Shown: positions 12,301 through 25,287 of the stretch, one piece after another
How positions within the stretch are numbered: position 1 is the stretch's first letter
How the letters are laid out: every line of letters starts with the position of its first letter
Source: Macrostomum lignano
Lineage: Eukaryota
Direction of reading: 5' to 3'
DNA length: 64,000 nt
Assembly (NCBI GenBank): GCA_002269645.1
Contig: NIVC01000856.1
Location: 248,001 to 312,000, forward strand
Notes under the pieces: generated by a model
Database searches by the model: none
What the model was told of the DNA's origin: nothing
The model's input: the letters and a program-made list of their open reading frames with translations, nothing else
Made by a program: the position numbers and the translations under genes

Positions 12301-14125
12301 GGGTTGCCATGCACTTAGTTCACTTTCTGGACGCCTGTGCTTAGGTGATCGAGTTTTACTTCGCCAAAAAAAGAAAGCTCTCTGGTATTCATTCTGAATG
12401 AGTCGACAAATATTAAAAATGATAATAATAATAAGTGATTACACCTGCCCTGATGGGCAGATGTGCAACCGACAGCTCAGCCGCAGCTATTGCGCGGCGC
12501 ATCTGAAGGCTGCGTACAGCTGTTCAGTCCAAGGACTGGAGGGGGGTCGCCACACGCACCCTCAATTACCCCAGCTAATGCTGGCACCCATTTTACAGCT
12601 GAGTGAATTGAAGCAATGCAGAGTTAAGCGTCTTACTCAGGGACACAACTTATTCCGAGTGAGTCGAGAATCGAACCCCCGACCTTTCAGTCGTGAATCC
12701 GACGCTCTTAACCACTAACCTATAACCCCTCAAACATCAAAGATGTGTTCAAACATCACATCGAGAAAAATTCTTGCTTATCAATGGGAAACTTCACCTC
12801 TCCGCTGTTGTACTCGTGTATACCGATAATGACAATCCAGAAGATGGTCTTGGTGACCAGTTTCAGACATTCAGTGACTGTGTTAAAGAAAAACAGACGC
12901 AGCTTCCCGGCTGCATCGATCGCTTTCGAGCAGGGCGGAGGCAGCAGGATGATCGGAGCGGGGACAATCAGAGTGCGGCCGGCCAGGTTTCTCACCTGGA
13001 GTTGACAACAGAGTGAAAAATTAATAGATAAAAACAGTCAAAATTACAGCAGTTGATGGTTCGACTAAACTCACTTTCCACAATTCTTCGCTTGAGTTGT
13101 CAACTAGCAGCAGGTCCTCTCTGGGCAGCACGCAGGTCTGTTGGAATGTCAAATACCCAGTTGCGATATCAACATCGATTTTCCAAAGCTTCTGTAGCAA
13201 TACGACTTTCCTGATTGGTTGGCGAAGGTTAACACCATTTCCCCTTTCCGACCCTTACCCCGGAGAGCGTCCTGATTGGCTGTCAATGGTTACCCCATTC
13301 TCTTTCTGACCCTTACCCTGGAGAGCGTCCTGATTGGTTGGCAATGGTTACCCCATTCCCTTTCTGACCCCTACCCCGGAGAGCGTCCTGATTGGCTGGC
13401 GAAGGTTACCCGATCTCCTTTCTGACCCTTACCCTGTAGGCCATCCTGATTGGTTGGTGAATTCGACAATAATCAGTCTTACATGAGATCCGTCAGAGCC
13501 ACTGTCGGCGCAGAGTGCAGAGTAACGAACCAAAGCTTCGCACCAGATGCCACCATTTTGCACCTGGAGCTGCTGCTGTATGCCATTTCTAAGGCGAAGC
13601 GAGCACGGAAAAATGCGATGCGACTGCTCCTGTTTCTGTGTAACTTTAAACTGCCAGGTTTCCAACGCCTCAAATAGGGCCTAAAATTCGTTAAAAAGTC
13701 AACGAAATAAAGAATTATGTGTTAGACGCCCGAATCATCGGTGTGCAAAAATCCCCCCTCACCTGACAGGCAGCCACCAGACCGGCCAATCGCTCAGCAT
13801 TGATGGACCTGACCCGTGAGTGCAGCCAGCCGCCGATGGACTCGCTCAGGCTGGCCAGGTTCTGCGCCATGGCGTCCTTGACGATGTGCAGCTCGTAAAA
13901 GAACACCAAGTACTCGTTGGCGTTTCGCTGCTGCAACGCCGCGCAGTCCTCCAGGGCCGACAGCTCGTCCAGCGTCTCTCTGAGCACGGAAACTTTGCTG
14001 AAAATTTTTTGATTGCAGTCGCGATAGTCGGACACGTCAATGCCGCGCTGCAGGCAGTTGTCGGCCCACTTGGCAACCGACTGCGCTTCCCTGGTTACGC
14101 TGCATTCGGTGCGAACTACAGATTC
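9399..14125 (-). CDS. Plakin-like protein (SH3-containing plakin domain plus plectin repeats); exons 14125-13763, 13680-13483, 13137-13075, 12995-12798, 12284-12116, 11998-11910, 11821-11700, 11634-11474, 10768-10284, 10142-9399/9403
   Basis: Phase-consistent GT-AG model. IWCEALVRY...LLLVDNSSEELWK/VRNLAGRTLIVPAPIILLPPPCSKAIDA matches the plakin SH3 and its PPP motif. YVITGIF/DHRRNDYVSLEDAIACGII, VVSHAVDPSNGAWLTAKAAIESGIIDPTAG and VVDQRNK/EIVGFSRAVELGLLDPADG are plectin-repeat-like. 5' exons are unresolved. Confidence 0.8.
9580..9822 (-). repeat. 12-bp tandem repeat, in frame as (AVQP)n
   Basis: Plus-strand unit gcaggttgcacg, about 20 copies, inside the open frame of the last plectin-repeat exon. 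Confidence 0.9.
11061..11335 (+). mobile_element. tRNA-derived SINE family A, near full-length copy
   Basis: tRNA-like head with A box (tagtggtcagagc) and B box (ggttcgattctc), then gtgtccttgagcaag...cttaacc...ctgtaaaatgggtgcc, resembling conserved SINE central domains (CORE/Meta-type). Intronic in the plakin gene. Confidence 0.88.
12436..12728 (-). mobile_element. tRNA-derived SINE family A, copy 3
   Basis: Reverse-complement homology to 11061-11335 over the whole length. Confidence 0.88.
13210..13455. repeat. 58-60-bp tandem repeat (about 4 copies) in a plakin intron
   Basis: cctgattgg recurs at about 13210, 13271, 13329, 13387 and 13445. Confidence 0.85.
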
Positions 14126-14224
14126 CTGGAATTGATGAGAATTGGCCTGACCTATTGATGCGAAAGGTCTGACCTCCATGGAATCTATTGAGACAAACTG
14201 GTTGTCCTTATGAGCAGCCTCACT

Positions 14225-14765
14225 CTATCAGAATGGCGGAGCCGACAATCTCACACCAATGAATGCAACAGAGCCGACAGTCTCACCCCCTACGAACAGC
14301 GGGGCCTCCAGTCTCGCTCCCATAAACAGTGAAACCGACAATCTCACCCCCATACAAACGCGGAGCCGACAATCTCTCTCACATGAGAACAGGGGAGCAG
14401 ACAATCACTCTCACATAAGAACAGCGGAGCAGATAATCTCTCTCACATGAGAACAGCGGAGAAGACAATCTCTCTCACATGAGAACAGCGGAGCAGACAA
14501 TCTCTCTCACATGAGAACAGCGGATAAGACAATCTCTCTCACATGAGAAAAGCGAAGCAGACAATCTCTCTCACATGAGAACAGCGGATAAGACAATCTC
14601 TCTCACATGAGAACAGCGGAGAAGACAATCTCTCTCACATGAGAACAGCGGAGAAGACAATCTCTCTCACATGAGAACAGCGGAGAAGACAATCTCTCTC
14701 ACATGAGAACAGGAGAGCAGACAATCTCTCCCACATGAGAACAGCAGAGTCAACAATCTCAACCC
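14225..14765. repeat. 32-bp intronic minisatellite
   Basis: Unit gacaatctctctcacatgagaacagcggagaa. Confidence 0.92.
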
Positions 14766-14776
14766 AAGTCTCTCAC

Positions 14777-14990
14777 CAACAGTCCGTCGGCCAGGTCTTC
14801 GCTGCCTCGCAGTGCGTGCAGCAGAGACTCGTCCAGCCAGTCGGAGCCTCCTCCGTCTCGGCTGTCGCCGGCCCTGTTCAGGTGCTTCCTAGCCGCTCCG
14901 GTTTTCAACAGGTCCAGGTGGCCGGGCTGCCTGGCCGAGCTGAAAGCGAACCGGCCGCTGAAGACTGATGTGGCTCGCTGACCACCAGCC
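14777..14990 (-). CDS. Probable additional upstream exon of the plakin-like gene
   Basis: GC-rich open frame ...GGGSDWLDESLLHALRGSEDLADGLL ending at a phase-0 donor (TTG/gtgaga) compatible with the 14125 acceptor; acceptor position uncertain. Confidence 0.5.
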
Positions 14991-15714
14991 AGTAGCTGAG
15001 TGTGAGCAGTCGGCTCCGACATGGCAACACGAAATGACTCACAAGTCGAAATGTAACAAGCCTGTCGCGAATCGCAAATTTATGCGATTAAATAATTTCC
15101 CACGGCTTGAAGAGATTGCCTGGGAACTCTCTGCGACTTTTGCTCTAGATATATACAGCTCCTTCGCATGCCCCCCAGAGTGTGCAGAGTTCCGAGTTGA
15201 TCCGCAAGTCCAACTCTCCCCGCCTCTCCTAGCGACTTCTGCCCGGGCGAGTCAAACAGTAAACACACGCCAACAGGGGTTTAGGAAATAAGCAAACAGA
15301 CAAGAAGCAGTTGGGTCTTGACTTCACATAGAGCCAAAACTCTTTCTTGGCATTCTCTCAGGCTACAATAGAGAGAAAGCTTCTCAATCTCAAGTGCCGC
15401 ACTCAACAGCCAAGAACGGTAAAATAATATTAATAAATGCTTCCAAAAGCAGATTCGTAGAGAAATAAAAAGCCGCTTTGCTTTCTGATGTCAAATATTG
15501 CGCTGGAGCAGCAAAGAGCAGTAATTGCTTTAAAAACCTGCCTAATTAATACCTAGGCTTACTCGCATCTCCTACACCTGCCTCCAGACTCAATTCGAAT
15601 GTCTATAAAAATCTGTTTTTTTGACAGGGCATGCTGCTAAATAGCTGCATCAATTACGCATATACTTCTCCATTTTATGTCCCATTTAAGTCCGAGCGTG
15701 CGATTATGAGGCTG

Positions 15715-16622
15715 AGGATGGAGATTAGGATTCTGAGGATGGAGATTGGGATTTTGAGGATGAAGATTGGAATTCTGAGGATGGACGTAAGGATTCTGAG
15801 GATGAAGATTAGGATTCTGAGGATAGAGATTGGAATTTTGAGCATGCAGATTGGGATTCTGAGGATGAATATTGGGATTCTGAGGATGAATATTGGGATT
15901 CTGAGGATGGAGATTGGAATTTTGAGCATGCAGATTGGGATTCTGAGGATGGAGATTGGGATTCTGAGGATGGAGATTGGGATTCTGAGGATGAATATTG
16001 GGATTCTGAGGATGAATATTGGGATTCTGAGGATGAATATTGGGATTCTGAGGATGAATATTGGGATTCTGAGGATGGAGATTGGGATTCTGAGGATGAA
16101 TATTGGGATTCTGAGGATGGAGATTGGGATTCTGAGGATGAATATTGGGATTCTGAGGATGGAGATTGGGATTCTGAGGATGGAGATTGGGATTCTGAGG
16201 ATGAAGATTGGGATTCTGAGGATGGAGATTGGGATTCTGAGGATGGAGATTAGGATTCTGAGCATGGAGATTGGGATTCTAAGGATGGAAATTGGGATTC
16301 TAAAGATGGAGATTAGGATTCTGAGCATGGAGATTGGAATTCTAAGGATGGAGATTGGGATTCTGAGCATGGAGATTGGAATTCTAAGGATGGAAATTGG
16401 GATTCTGAGGATGGACACAAGGATTCTGAGGATGAAGATTGGGATTCTGAGGATGGAGATTGGGATTCTGAGGATGGAAATTGGGATTCTGAGGATGGAA
16501 ATTGGGATTCTGACTCTCTGAGGATGGAAATTGGGATTCTGAGGATGGAGATTGGAATTTTGAGCATGCAGATTGGGATTCTGAGATGGAGATTGGGATT
16601 CTGAGGATGAAGATTGGGATTC
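15715..16622. repeat. 21-bp minisatellite
   Basis: Unit ggattctgaggatggagattg; source of the spurious MEIGILR ORF. Confidence 0.95.
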
Positions 16623-17224
16623 AAAACAATAGAGATTGCGTGAAGGACGAACTCTTGAAAGACATAACAGAGGCTTATTTATGTATTAGCAAATTTATAT
16701 AATTCCTTCAAAATGAAGACACGCGGCACACATTCGCATACTGTATATTATTAGTCAATTGTAACAAAGACTACAGTACGCATATTGTAAAGCATGAATC
16801 GTCAGTGAGCCAACTAAGCATTCTTTGAACGCAGAATTTTCTGAAAAAAAAAATCTGCGACAATGGTTTCTCGCGCACTATTGTATATACCGGATCTGAT
16901 GCTCGGCATTGAAGCAAAGCTAATTAGAGCATACAATAAAGCATAGTACTCTGATACAAATTCCAAATTTAAATTGCAGTTCCCGTAGCAGCGGACAAGC
17001 GGTTTTAAACAAATCAATACGGTTAAAAGACACAAGAAAAAAGCAAATCAAGTGTTAAAATAAATATTACCAAAAATAGCAAGACTTCATCATGATGAAC
17101 TCATGAAAAACATTCGCCGGAGAGGGCGAAGGTTCAAAAATAGTTGTCGATCGGGTTATAAAAAGAACAGTTGGAACTTTTTCTGGACTAAGACAACAGC
17201 TTGTGCTGCTGTGCGCATGATAGG

Positions 17225-17318
17225 GACGGACAGACAGACAGACAGACAGACAGGAAGACAGACAGCCCGACAGACATAGATACACAGACAGACAGACGGG
17301 CAGATACACAGACACACC

Positions 17319-17349
<31 letters not shown>

Positions 17350-17408
17350 AAGATACACAGACACACCAGACAGACAGACAGACAGACAGAAAGATACACA
17401 GACACACC

Positions 17409-17451
<43 letters not shown>

Positions 17452-17469
17452 AAGATACACAGACACACC

Positions 17470-17548
<79 letters not shown>

Positions 17549-17651
17549 TTGAGAGACAGACAGACAGACGGAAAGACAGACAGACACACACACAGACAGA
17601 ATCTAAGACAGACAGACAGACGGAGAGACAGACAGACAGACAGACAGAAAG

Positions 17652-17692
<41 letters not shown>

Positions 17693-17713
17693 AAGACAGA
17701 CAGACAGATAGGC

Positions 17714-17746
<33 letters not shown>

Positions 17747-18110
17747 CACCAGACAGACAGACAGACAGACAGACAGGCAGACAGATACACAAACAGACAG
17801 ACACACCAGACAGACAGACACACCAGACAGACAGACAGACAGACAGGCAGACAGATACACAAACAGACAGACACACCAGACAGACAGACAGACAGACAGA
17901 CAGACAGGCAGGCAGACAGACAGACACAGACAGACAGACAGACAGACAGACACAGACATGCAGACAGACACGAAGATCAAATTTGGTACAAAAAGCGTAG
18001 AAAATGGCAACAAGATTATGATAAAACTAAATACAAGGATTCAAAGACGTCCCAGCGACAGACAGACAGAGCAGACACACAGACAGACAGACAGACAGAG
18101 CAGACACAAG
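17225..18110. repeat. (GACA)n microsatellite, interrupted
   Basis: Direct inspection. Confidence 0.95.
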
Positions 18111-18669
18111 CCGGTAGAACGCGAGCTCTCCGCATGAGAAGCGCAATTTTCGAAGAAATATTATTAAAAGTAAAGAAATAATTAATCCAGTTACCTAGCA
18201 ACAGCAAATGTCATTTGATATAGCTAGTTTGATATACTACTCTGAGTAGCTGACATGTAAGGCGACAAGGCGTTTGGGCTACTCCAGCCAATTAAGTGAA
18301 ATCTGGATTCCAAATACTTATTAATAAAAAGCATTATAACATGCGATTAACTGAATTCAACAACAATAATAATTGCTGCAATGTACGCATCTGCCTACTA
18401 ATAAGTTGATTAAGAAAAAAGCTGATTTGCATTTTCAAGCAGCGCCGAAAAAAAAAACTACTGCTCGTACAACTAATTATGAGTTTAAAATATAAATAAT
18501 GTAAATTATTCTACAATATAGTTGAGAAAGATCACTGATATGCGAGCGCAGACTCTCGAAACAGGACTAACTGAACAATAAATAAAAGAAAGTTTAATCT
18601 CTCTACTTTTCTATTCAGTAGCAACTATAGAGAGTGGCAGCTATTTTCTGCTAGGAAGAGAAATCAAGA

Positions 18670-18810
18670 AATCACGTGACTCGCCAGGTTTATCATTGCA
18701 GGGACATTGTACATTCATATTGGAGCGGCAGATAGACTGTACATCTTGATTGGCTTGACTTAATCATCTCCCAGAGTTGCTATTGGCTCTGGGCAGTCAC
18801 GTGACAACTG
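18670..18810. promoter_or_regulatory. Possible promoter cluster (two CACGTG E-boxes plus ATTGG boxes)
   Basis: tcacgtgac at 18672-18680, gtcacgtgac at 18796-18805, ATTGG near 18750 and 18782; upstream of the minus-strand plakin-like gene. Motif-only evidence. Confidence 0.25.
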
Positions 18811-19140
18811 TTTGTTTTGGAAGGTCACAACAACCGTGCTGATCATCAGTTAAGTTTATCATTCTTTTAGGAATTGTTTTGAGTATTATCAGCTAGAATA
18901 AGCTTAAGATCTTAGTTAGCCCCGCTAAGATATTGTGACGTAGGCTGACAGGAGCGTCAACAGGGGGGGGCATAAGCCCCCTTCCAGTTAAAGTTATGGG
19001 CCGTTGGTATTGCTAGCTGACATGCTAGTGCCATTCCAATGAAAGTATATGGACTAGCCATGTTCGCCCCCCCCCGTTGGGGGACCACAAAGCAAAAGAA
19101 CTAAAAAATGAATAAACTATACATGCATTTTTTATTAGAA

Positions 19141-19472
19141 GCAGGGGGGTTGTGTGCACCCTGGTGCACTTTAAGCAATATAGGCACACAACCGGCGAGA
19201 GGCATTACTGCCCATTCCGCCGACTCCTCTGAGCAGGCACACAAGCGCGCGGATACGTACGCAGGAGTTTACAGCGGCCCTAACTTTATTTTATCGTTAG
19301 GCATGTACACTTCACTGCGCCTTGGGGGGTTGGCTCTCAAGGCCGTTAATTGCACGAGCAGAGCCAAGCCGAGATTCCAATTCAGCCCCAAATTAATGTG
19401 ACTGCACTTGGAATCGAGCCTGGGCCGCTGGCACACCAGAGCAGCTGCGCTACCGCTGGGCTACGCCCCCCC
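19141..19472 (-). mobile_element. tRNA-derived SINE family B, copy 1
   Basis: Minus strand begins ggggggcgtagcccagcggtagcgc (A box) ... ggctcgattcc (B box); second copy at 33950-34260. Confidence 0.85.
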
Positions 19473-19740
19473 TGTCTACTTGAGTTAGTACAAAGTTAAG
19501 CGCTAACACAACGACTCTTTCGCAACTCTTTTTACGATTCTACAGCTCACGTGATGCGCTCGTGACTCTTGTAACAGTCGTTCTTGTCGATTCTTGTCAC
19601 GGTAACGTTTTCAACCGGGTTTGTCACCACATCGATGCACCCGAAACGGTACTCAACGCCTTGATTGATTGACTGTTTAACTTCCTAGTTAGTATGTTTG
19701 TTAGCAAAGTCAAAAAGCCCTAGCATAATACATTACTAGT

Positions 19741-20268
19741 TTAGCCAGCCTTAGCGTACAGCTGAGTCCACTCCCTAGCATTCTTAATCGCCTCCCGCTC
19801 GTTCCTCTTCCACAGCTCGGCAATATCGTGCTCCAATGGGTCGTCCGGATTTGGCGCGCTGAGCAGGGCTTGGACAGACAGCAGCACAGTGCGAATCTGC
19901 AGCGCCGGGCTCCATTTATCTTTTAGAATGTCCAGACAGATTCTGCCCAGTCTGTCAATGTTGGGATGATAGATCTTGGTCATGAAGCGCACTTTTGGAG
20001 CACTCATCGGATATTCCTCGGGTAGGAACAGTTCCAGCCTGAATTTGGTCAGTGGGGTGGTTGACAGTAGTATGACTAGCGCTTGTTTGATTTATAAATA
20101 ATAGCATTTAAAGCTGCCTACAGTATCTATCTACCTGCCTATCTATCTGCATATCTACTTGCCTATCTATCGTATCTACCTGCCTATCTATCTGCTTATC
20201 TACTTGCCTATCTATCTATCTACTTGCCTATCTATCTATCTACTTGCCTATCTATCTACCTATCTATC

Positions 20269-20314
<46 letters not shown>

Positions 20315-20530
20315 TTATCTATCTATCTACCTATCTATCCACCTTTATCATCTATCGTACGAGTAGATATACCTGAAAATGCCGCCCTCATAGGCGCTCT
20401 CCTTTGGGCCATGCACAATAACGTGGAAATAGCGAGCATTGGCTTCATTAGGCGTAGCCTCGATGCCCTCAACAGGCTCAGACATGAGACGCTGCGTTTC
20501 CTTAATGATACGTCTGGGTAAGTTGGCCAT
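19741..20530 (-). CDS. UBE2N: Ubiquitin-conjugating enzyme E2 N (Ubc13); exons 20530-20373, 20038-19741; 151 aa
   Basis: [15 protein letters not shown]...[74 protein letters not shown]; phase-2 GT-AG intron containing (TATC)n. Confidence 0.97.
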
Positions 20531-23500
20531 TCGTCTTTACAGGCTGTTTATTTATCAGATATCAGCTCGACGGTCAAGTTGCATGCAAATAAAATATTAA
20601 ATTTCATGTATCAGTCAAAAAATGAATATGAAACAAAAAACCAGCATCTCTATCCTAACTCTACACTTCATACTGCTGAGTCTAGCACCACACAGAAATT
20701 GCAAAAGGCTGTATACTTCATGTTTATAGACTACTCAAATACTTAAAATACTCAAGAGTGGTAAGAAGTCTTTCAAATTCTATTGATACTATAAATAAAA
20801 TAGGAAATGTAGAAATTTATAGAACTTAAATTAATGGTATCCAAATAGGAAAACAGGGTTCCAGTTTGTATCGGGGGTTTAAATTAACTTTGACTTGTCA
20901 ATATAAATAAAAAATTGCATAACAAAAACTAAAAGTTTAAGGCAAGCAATTTTTTTGGCTATTACTAATAGAACTGAATTTATCATATAACATTCTGGCA
21001 TGAATATACTTTCGTATATAAAATGCATTTTAATTTTGTGTCAAAAGGCATACTGTTAGATATATAAATATAAATACTTTTTAAATATTATAGTAATACA
21101 ATATCCTAGGCTTTATCCTAAACCTAAGCTTATACAGTTGCAAACTCTGAAAGTACATTAGCCATGCAATATAGTTTTGACTAAAACTCCAACTTAGTAC
21201 TAAAGATTATATAGAAAAAAAAGTAAAAAAACCCTCAAATTTTTGTCTCATTTTGTCCTTGGTCTATCACAGTTTAACTTCATTGCCATTATACATACCC
21301 AACTACAAATTAACCTGGCAGATCTAGCCAACATTATAAATTATGGTAGACCAAAGCAAAGGCAAGTTGTAAATTTGTAAAAAATCACTATGTAAGTTCT
21401 TGACAATTTACTATTTGAACAAATTTAAATGACAAATACAATATTTTTTATAGGAAGGGAGGGCTATTACTAATTATTGACTGGCTGATTATTAAACCTT
21501 TACTCAGTTTGTGCCTTGCTTATTTTACCAAGCACATATCCTACTAATATATATATAGCAATGTGCATACATGTCCAACACCTATCCAACCCATCTAAAC
21601 CAGACAGGTAAAATGGCCACTGGCCAAGGTAAGTCACAAAATTGAAAACACAAGAAACAAAAAATTGGGGGAAGAAAAAAAGGAAAGGAAGAGAAAAGGA
21701 AAAGAAAAGAAGAAGAGAGAGAGAGAGAGAGAAAGAGAAGAGAAAAAGAGAAAAAGAAGAAAAGAAAAAGGGCAAGAAAAGTCATATCCAAAGTGAAAAT
21801 TAAGCTGCAATTGGGAGAACTAAGTTGAAATTGAGAAGAACTAAGTTGCAATCAGGAGAAACAAGTCGCAAATCTGGACAAAACTAAGTCACACTGGAAA
21901 AGTGAAATTTTGAGGTTGGGCATGTATCATTATATGGCAATGTGTAAATAATGTATTTAATATTCCAACTTTTTTAGTAACTCAAATATCATTTTATTTT
22001 ATATATTATATGTACACTTTTTACTTTGTTCAAAATAGGCCTAAAGCCCTAAACTAGAACTAATTTGTATTTTTAATAAAATAAGTCATATATATAGGCA
22101 TATGGCCAATATAATTTTAGAGATTGCATATTATACACTATATATAGTCATAGAAAGAAAGAGAGATTATTATATTTTAGTTTAAAGTTTATAATATAAA
22201 AGTGCATAATTATAACATATAGTAGCAAGGCCTAATTGTTTCAATGATTTATATACATTTAAACAGAAAGACTGAGAGAGAGATCTATAAATTATTTAAA
22301 TTAAAATGGAATATCTTGTTATATTGCTAATGACATGTTGCTAAAAAGTTCTCACTAGGCGTAGGCCTATATAGTGACTTGCTTATGTTACCAAAATGGT
22401 TTTTATTGAAATTGACAATCATCTTTCTATCTATAGCCATAGATTAGGATACGCCTATATCAATTAAAAGGGCCTTAAAATATCAATAAAAAAGCAATAT
22501 ATTCGGAATATTCATATTTATAATCTATAATGTGCAACACATCAACGCAGTATTTGACGCGGTTTTTACCACACGGAACCAAAGTCGCATACTAGAAAGA
22601 CGTTCCAAGGACAATGTTGAAATTTTTTATCTTATTAAATTTCTGTTTAAATAGGCCTATTAGCTATCATACTAGGTCTAACTTAAAATTTATTATATAG
22701 ACCTACACTATAGGTTACACACTATAGGTTAAGGTTACACTAAGGTTAGGCTTTTATTAACTTGATATAATTTTATAATTATATAAATAAAGTTAACAAC
22801 AACATCTGCAACGTCAACTGGTTATCTAAAAGCAAGAGACATTGATTGGGGTTCGGGTCAGTACCGCAAATGAACAACAGAACACAATGTAAGTCATTTG
22901 GTAGGCCCATAGAAAAGGCCTATTATTTGGGCCTATAAAAAGAAAGCTTTTTGACGGTGCTTTAATCCAAGATATAAACAAAATGAAAAACAAATTGACT
23001 GCTAATATCTGTAAATACATTTATTCTAATACTTTTGCCGTAAAAAATATTTATTTTCTTTATATACATCTTATTTTAAGCGCTATTGAGTCACGGAATA
23101 TAAGGGATTAACTATTTAAACGTATGGTTCTAAATATACGACCGCGGAATGCTCGCGCTATATAAATATCGCCGCACAGCCTTACCAGCTGCTATCGAAG
23201 CAGCGGTAGTTGCTATGCTAGGCACGAGCACGACCCCGGTATTTCGAGTTTCTTACTGCCAGACCGGCTGGCATTTTCGGTACTGGTTGATTTTAGATAT
23301 CATTGTGATCATAAAATGCATTGATCAATGATCACATGATCATGCTTCGCAGCTTCGGCTTAGCATCCTTAGCCTTTAGGTTCGAATTCGAATGCAGGCC
23401 AATGCGATAAAAAAATCGACGACAGAAATTTAACAAAACAAGGAAAAATTCGGCAAAGCAAATTTGGGGACAAGTCTTCAATAGTTCTCTATAGCTAAAG

Positions 23501-25287
23501 TTAAAGCAAATCACAAGTACATGTAAGGGTGTCTTAAAATGCTCATGAAAGTTCCATGCTCCCCGAAATACTGGATAAAATAAACTCAATTAAAAGGTAA
23601 AGTTAATATGTAATAGTATTGACTAATGCCATTGCACTGGAAGAATCTAAGGTTAGGCCTATAATTGTTCTTTTTTATTTTGTCACTAAATTTGCTTTTG
23701 CCAAGTTTGTTTGTTGCCAAATTGGTTAGTACCCATTCCACTAATATATTAATATTAATAAATATTTAACTTCTTTATATATTTTTGCACTTTGACTTTT
23801 TAGCTCTTGTTTTTCTTGCAGTTTAACTTTTATATAATTAGCATTATGACTCTATGTACTAATATTATGTTTGAGTTATCAATGCTGAAACTGAAAAAAA
23901 AGATTTTTAATTGAGCTAAATAGTCAGAAAATGTTGATTATAGAAATAATATTTTAATTTACTTCAGCAATATAATCTTCAAATAAGAATATAAGATTTA
24001 AATATGATCTGAGTTAAATTTGTAGCTATATAACACTTTAATCACAATCAAAACTCAAAATATTTTATTTCTTTGCTTAAGTGTTTTTCTTTACAATAAA
24101 TTTGGGCTTACTGATTATAGCCTAAACAATTTTTAGCTTGATATTTTTTATCAAATATATACTATACAGTCTTTATATTTGTTATTTGAATGTATCTTAT
24201 AAAAAGCACAAAAAAATATATATATATAACATTTTGATAATTTTAGAATTATTAATTTTACTAAAATGAGTTGTTTTAACAAAAAAATAATCCTAAATAT
24301 AGCATTTCTTTGTTTTAAAAGCATTAATATAGCACAAGCTTTGTTGTAAAAGACCTATTAAAACTTATCATTTAATATATGTACCAAATACCAATGACCT
24401 TGTTTTTTGAAAGTTATTTTCTAAGAACTGCAAACTATATTTTTATACTATCCTTTTTATATTATTATATTCTTTTGTAGGATTTTCAGATTTAGAAGAT
24501 AGGCCTAGCCAATATTGTAATGTTTCTTACCATAGATTTACAAGTACAAGACATTCAATAGTAAATTGTTAATTTAGTAGTGCAACAAAAAATGTTATAG
24601 GAGTTGCAGATTCTGGAGGGTAAAGACCCAAGGGAGAAAGGTATTTGTATTTGCTTTGTATTTTGGCAAAAGTTTGCTTGGCCCCCCTTTTGAATTTTTT
24701 AGTCTTTACCTAAGCAGCCACTAGGTTAATTTCAGGTTTTTTAGACAAAACTGCATATTAGCTCCATTGTTTTGATTCTTTTTTCTTTATACCCTTTTGT
24801 ATTCTAGCAAAAATATCATTCTCTGCTTTTATTTAAAACAACCTTCAAACAAAAGTTTTAGTAAAAGGTTTTTCAATACAAAAATGTATAATAGGTTCAT
24901 TCTCTAATAGACAAAAAAAATATAGACCACATTGAACAATGCTATAGATCAATTAATGTATTTTGTAGTCTATAGCCAGCTTTTTATAGGTCTTATATTC
25001 AAGCTACTAGCATTCAATTAAAACCATCCAGGGTCTTCCACAAAAAAGGTGCCAAAATATGTATAGCTTTGTATGATAGTAACTTTTATAATAAATAACT
25101 GCTTTCTTTTATCTAAGGGCCCTAGAGGATAAAGTCTAAAGGGATAGAAATTAAAATCAGTTATCAACTTTAAACCTTAGCCACATTGTTACTTCTTTGG
25201 TATTTACTTTAATAATTTTATTATAAAAGCAAAAAATATCTATTATTTGCAAAATTGAACCTAATATTGCTCTGATTAATTATCTGC

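Noticed and set aside
13075-13210. Longer plakin exon starting at 13210
   Set aside because: Needs phase 2, while the upstream exon in the SH3-like frame ends in phase 0; the acceptor at 13137 fits.
15631-16521. 296-aa MEIGILR repeat ORF
   Set aside because: Translation of a 21-bp minisatellite open on both strands; frame breaks near 16520.
22700-22752. Interstitial telomeric repeat
   Set aside because: Only a few irregular taggtt/ttagg words, not a tandem array.
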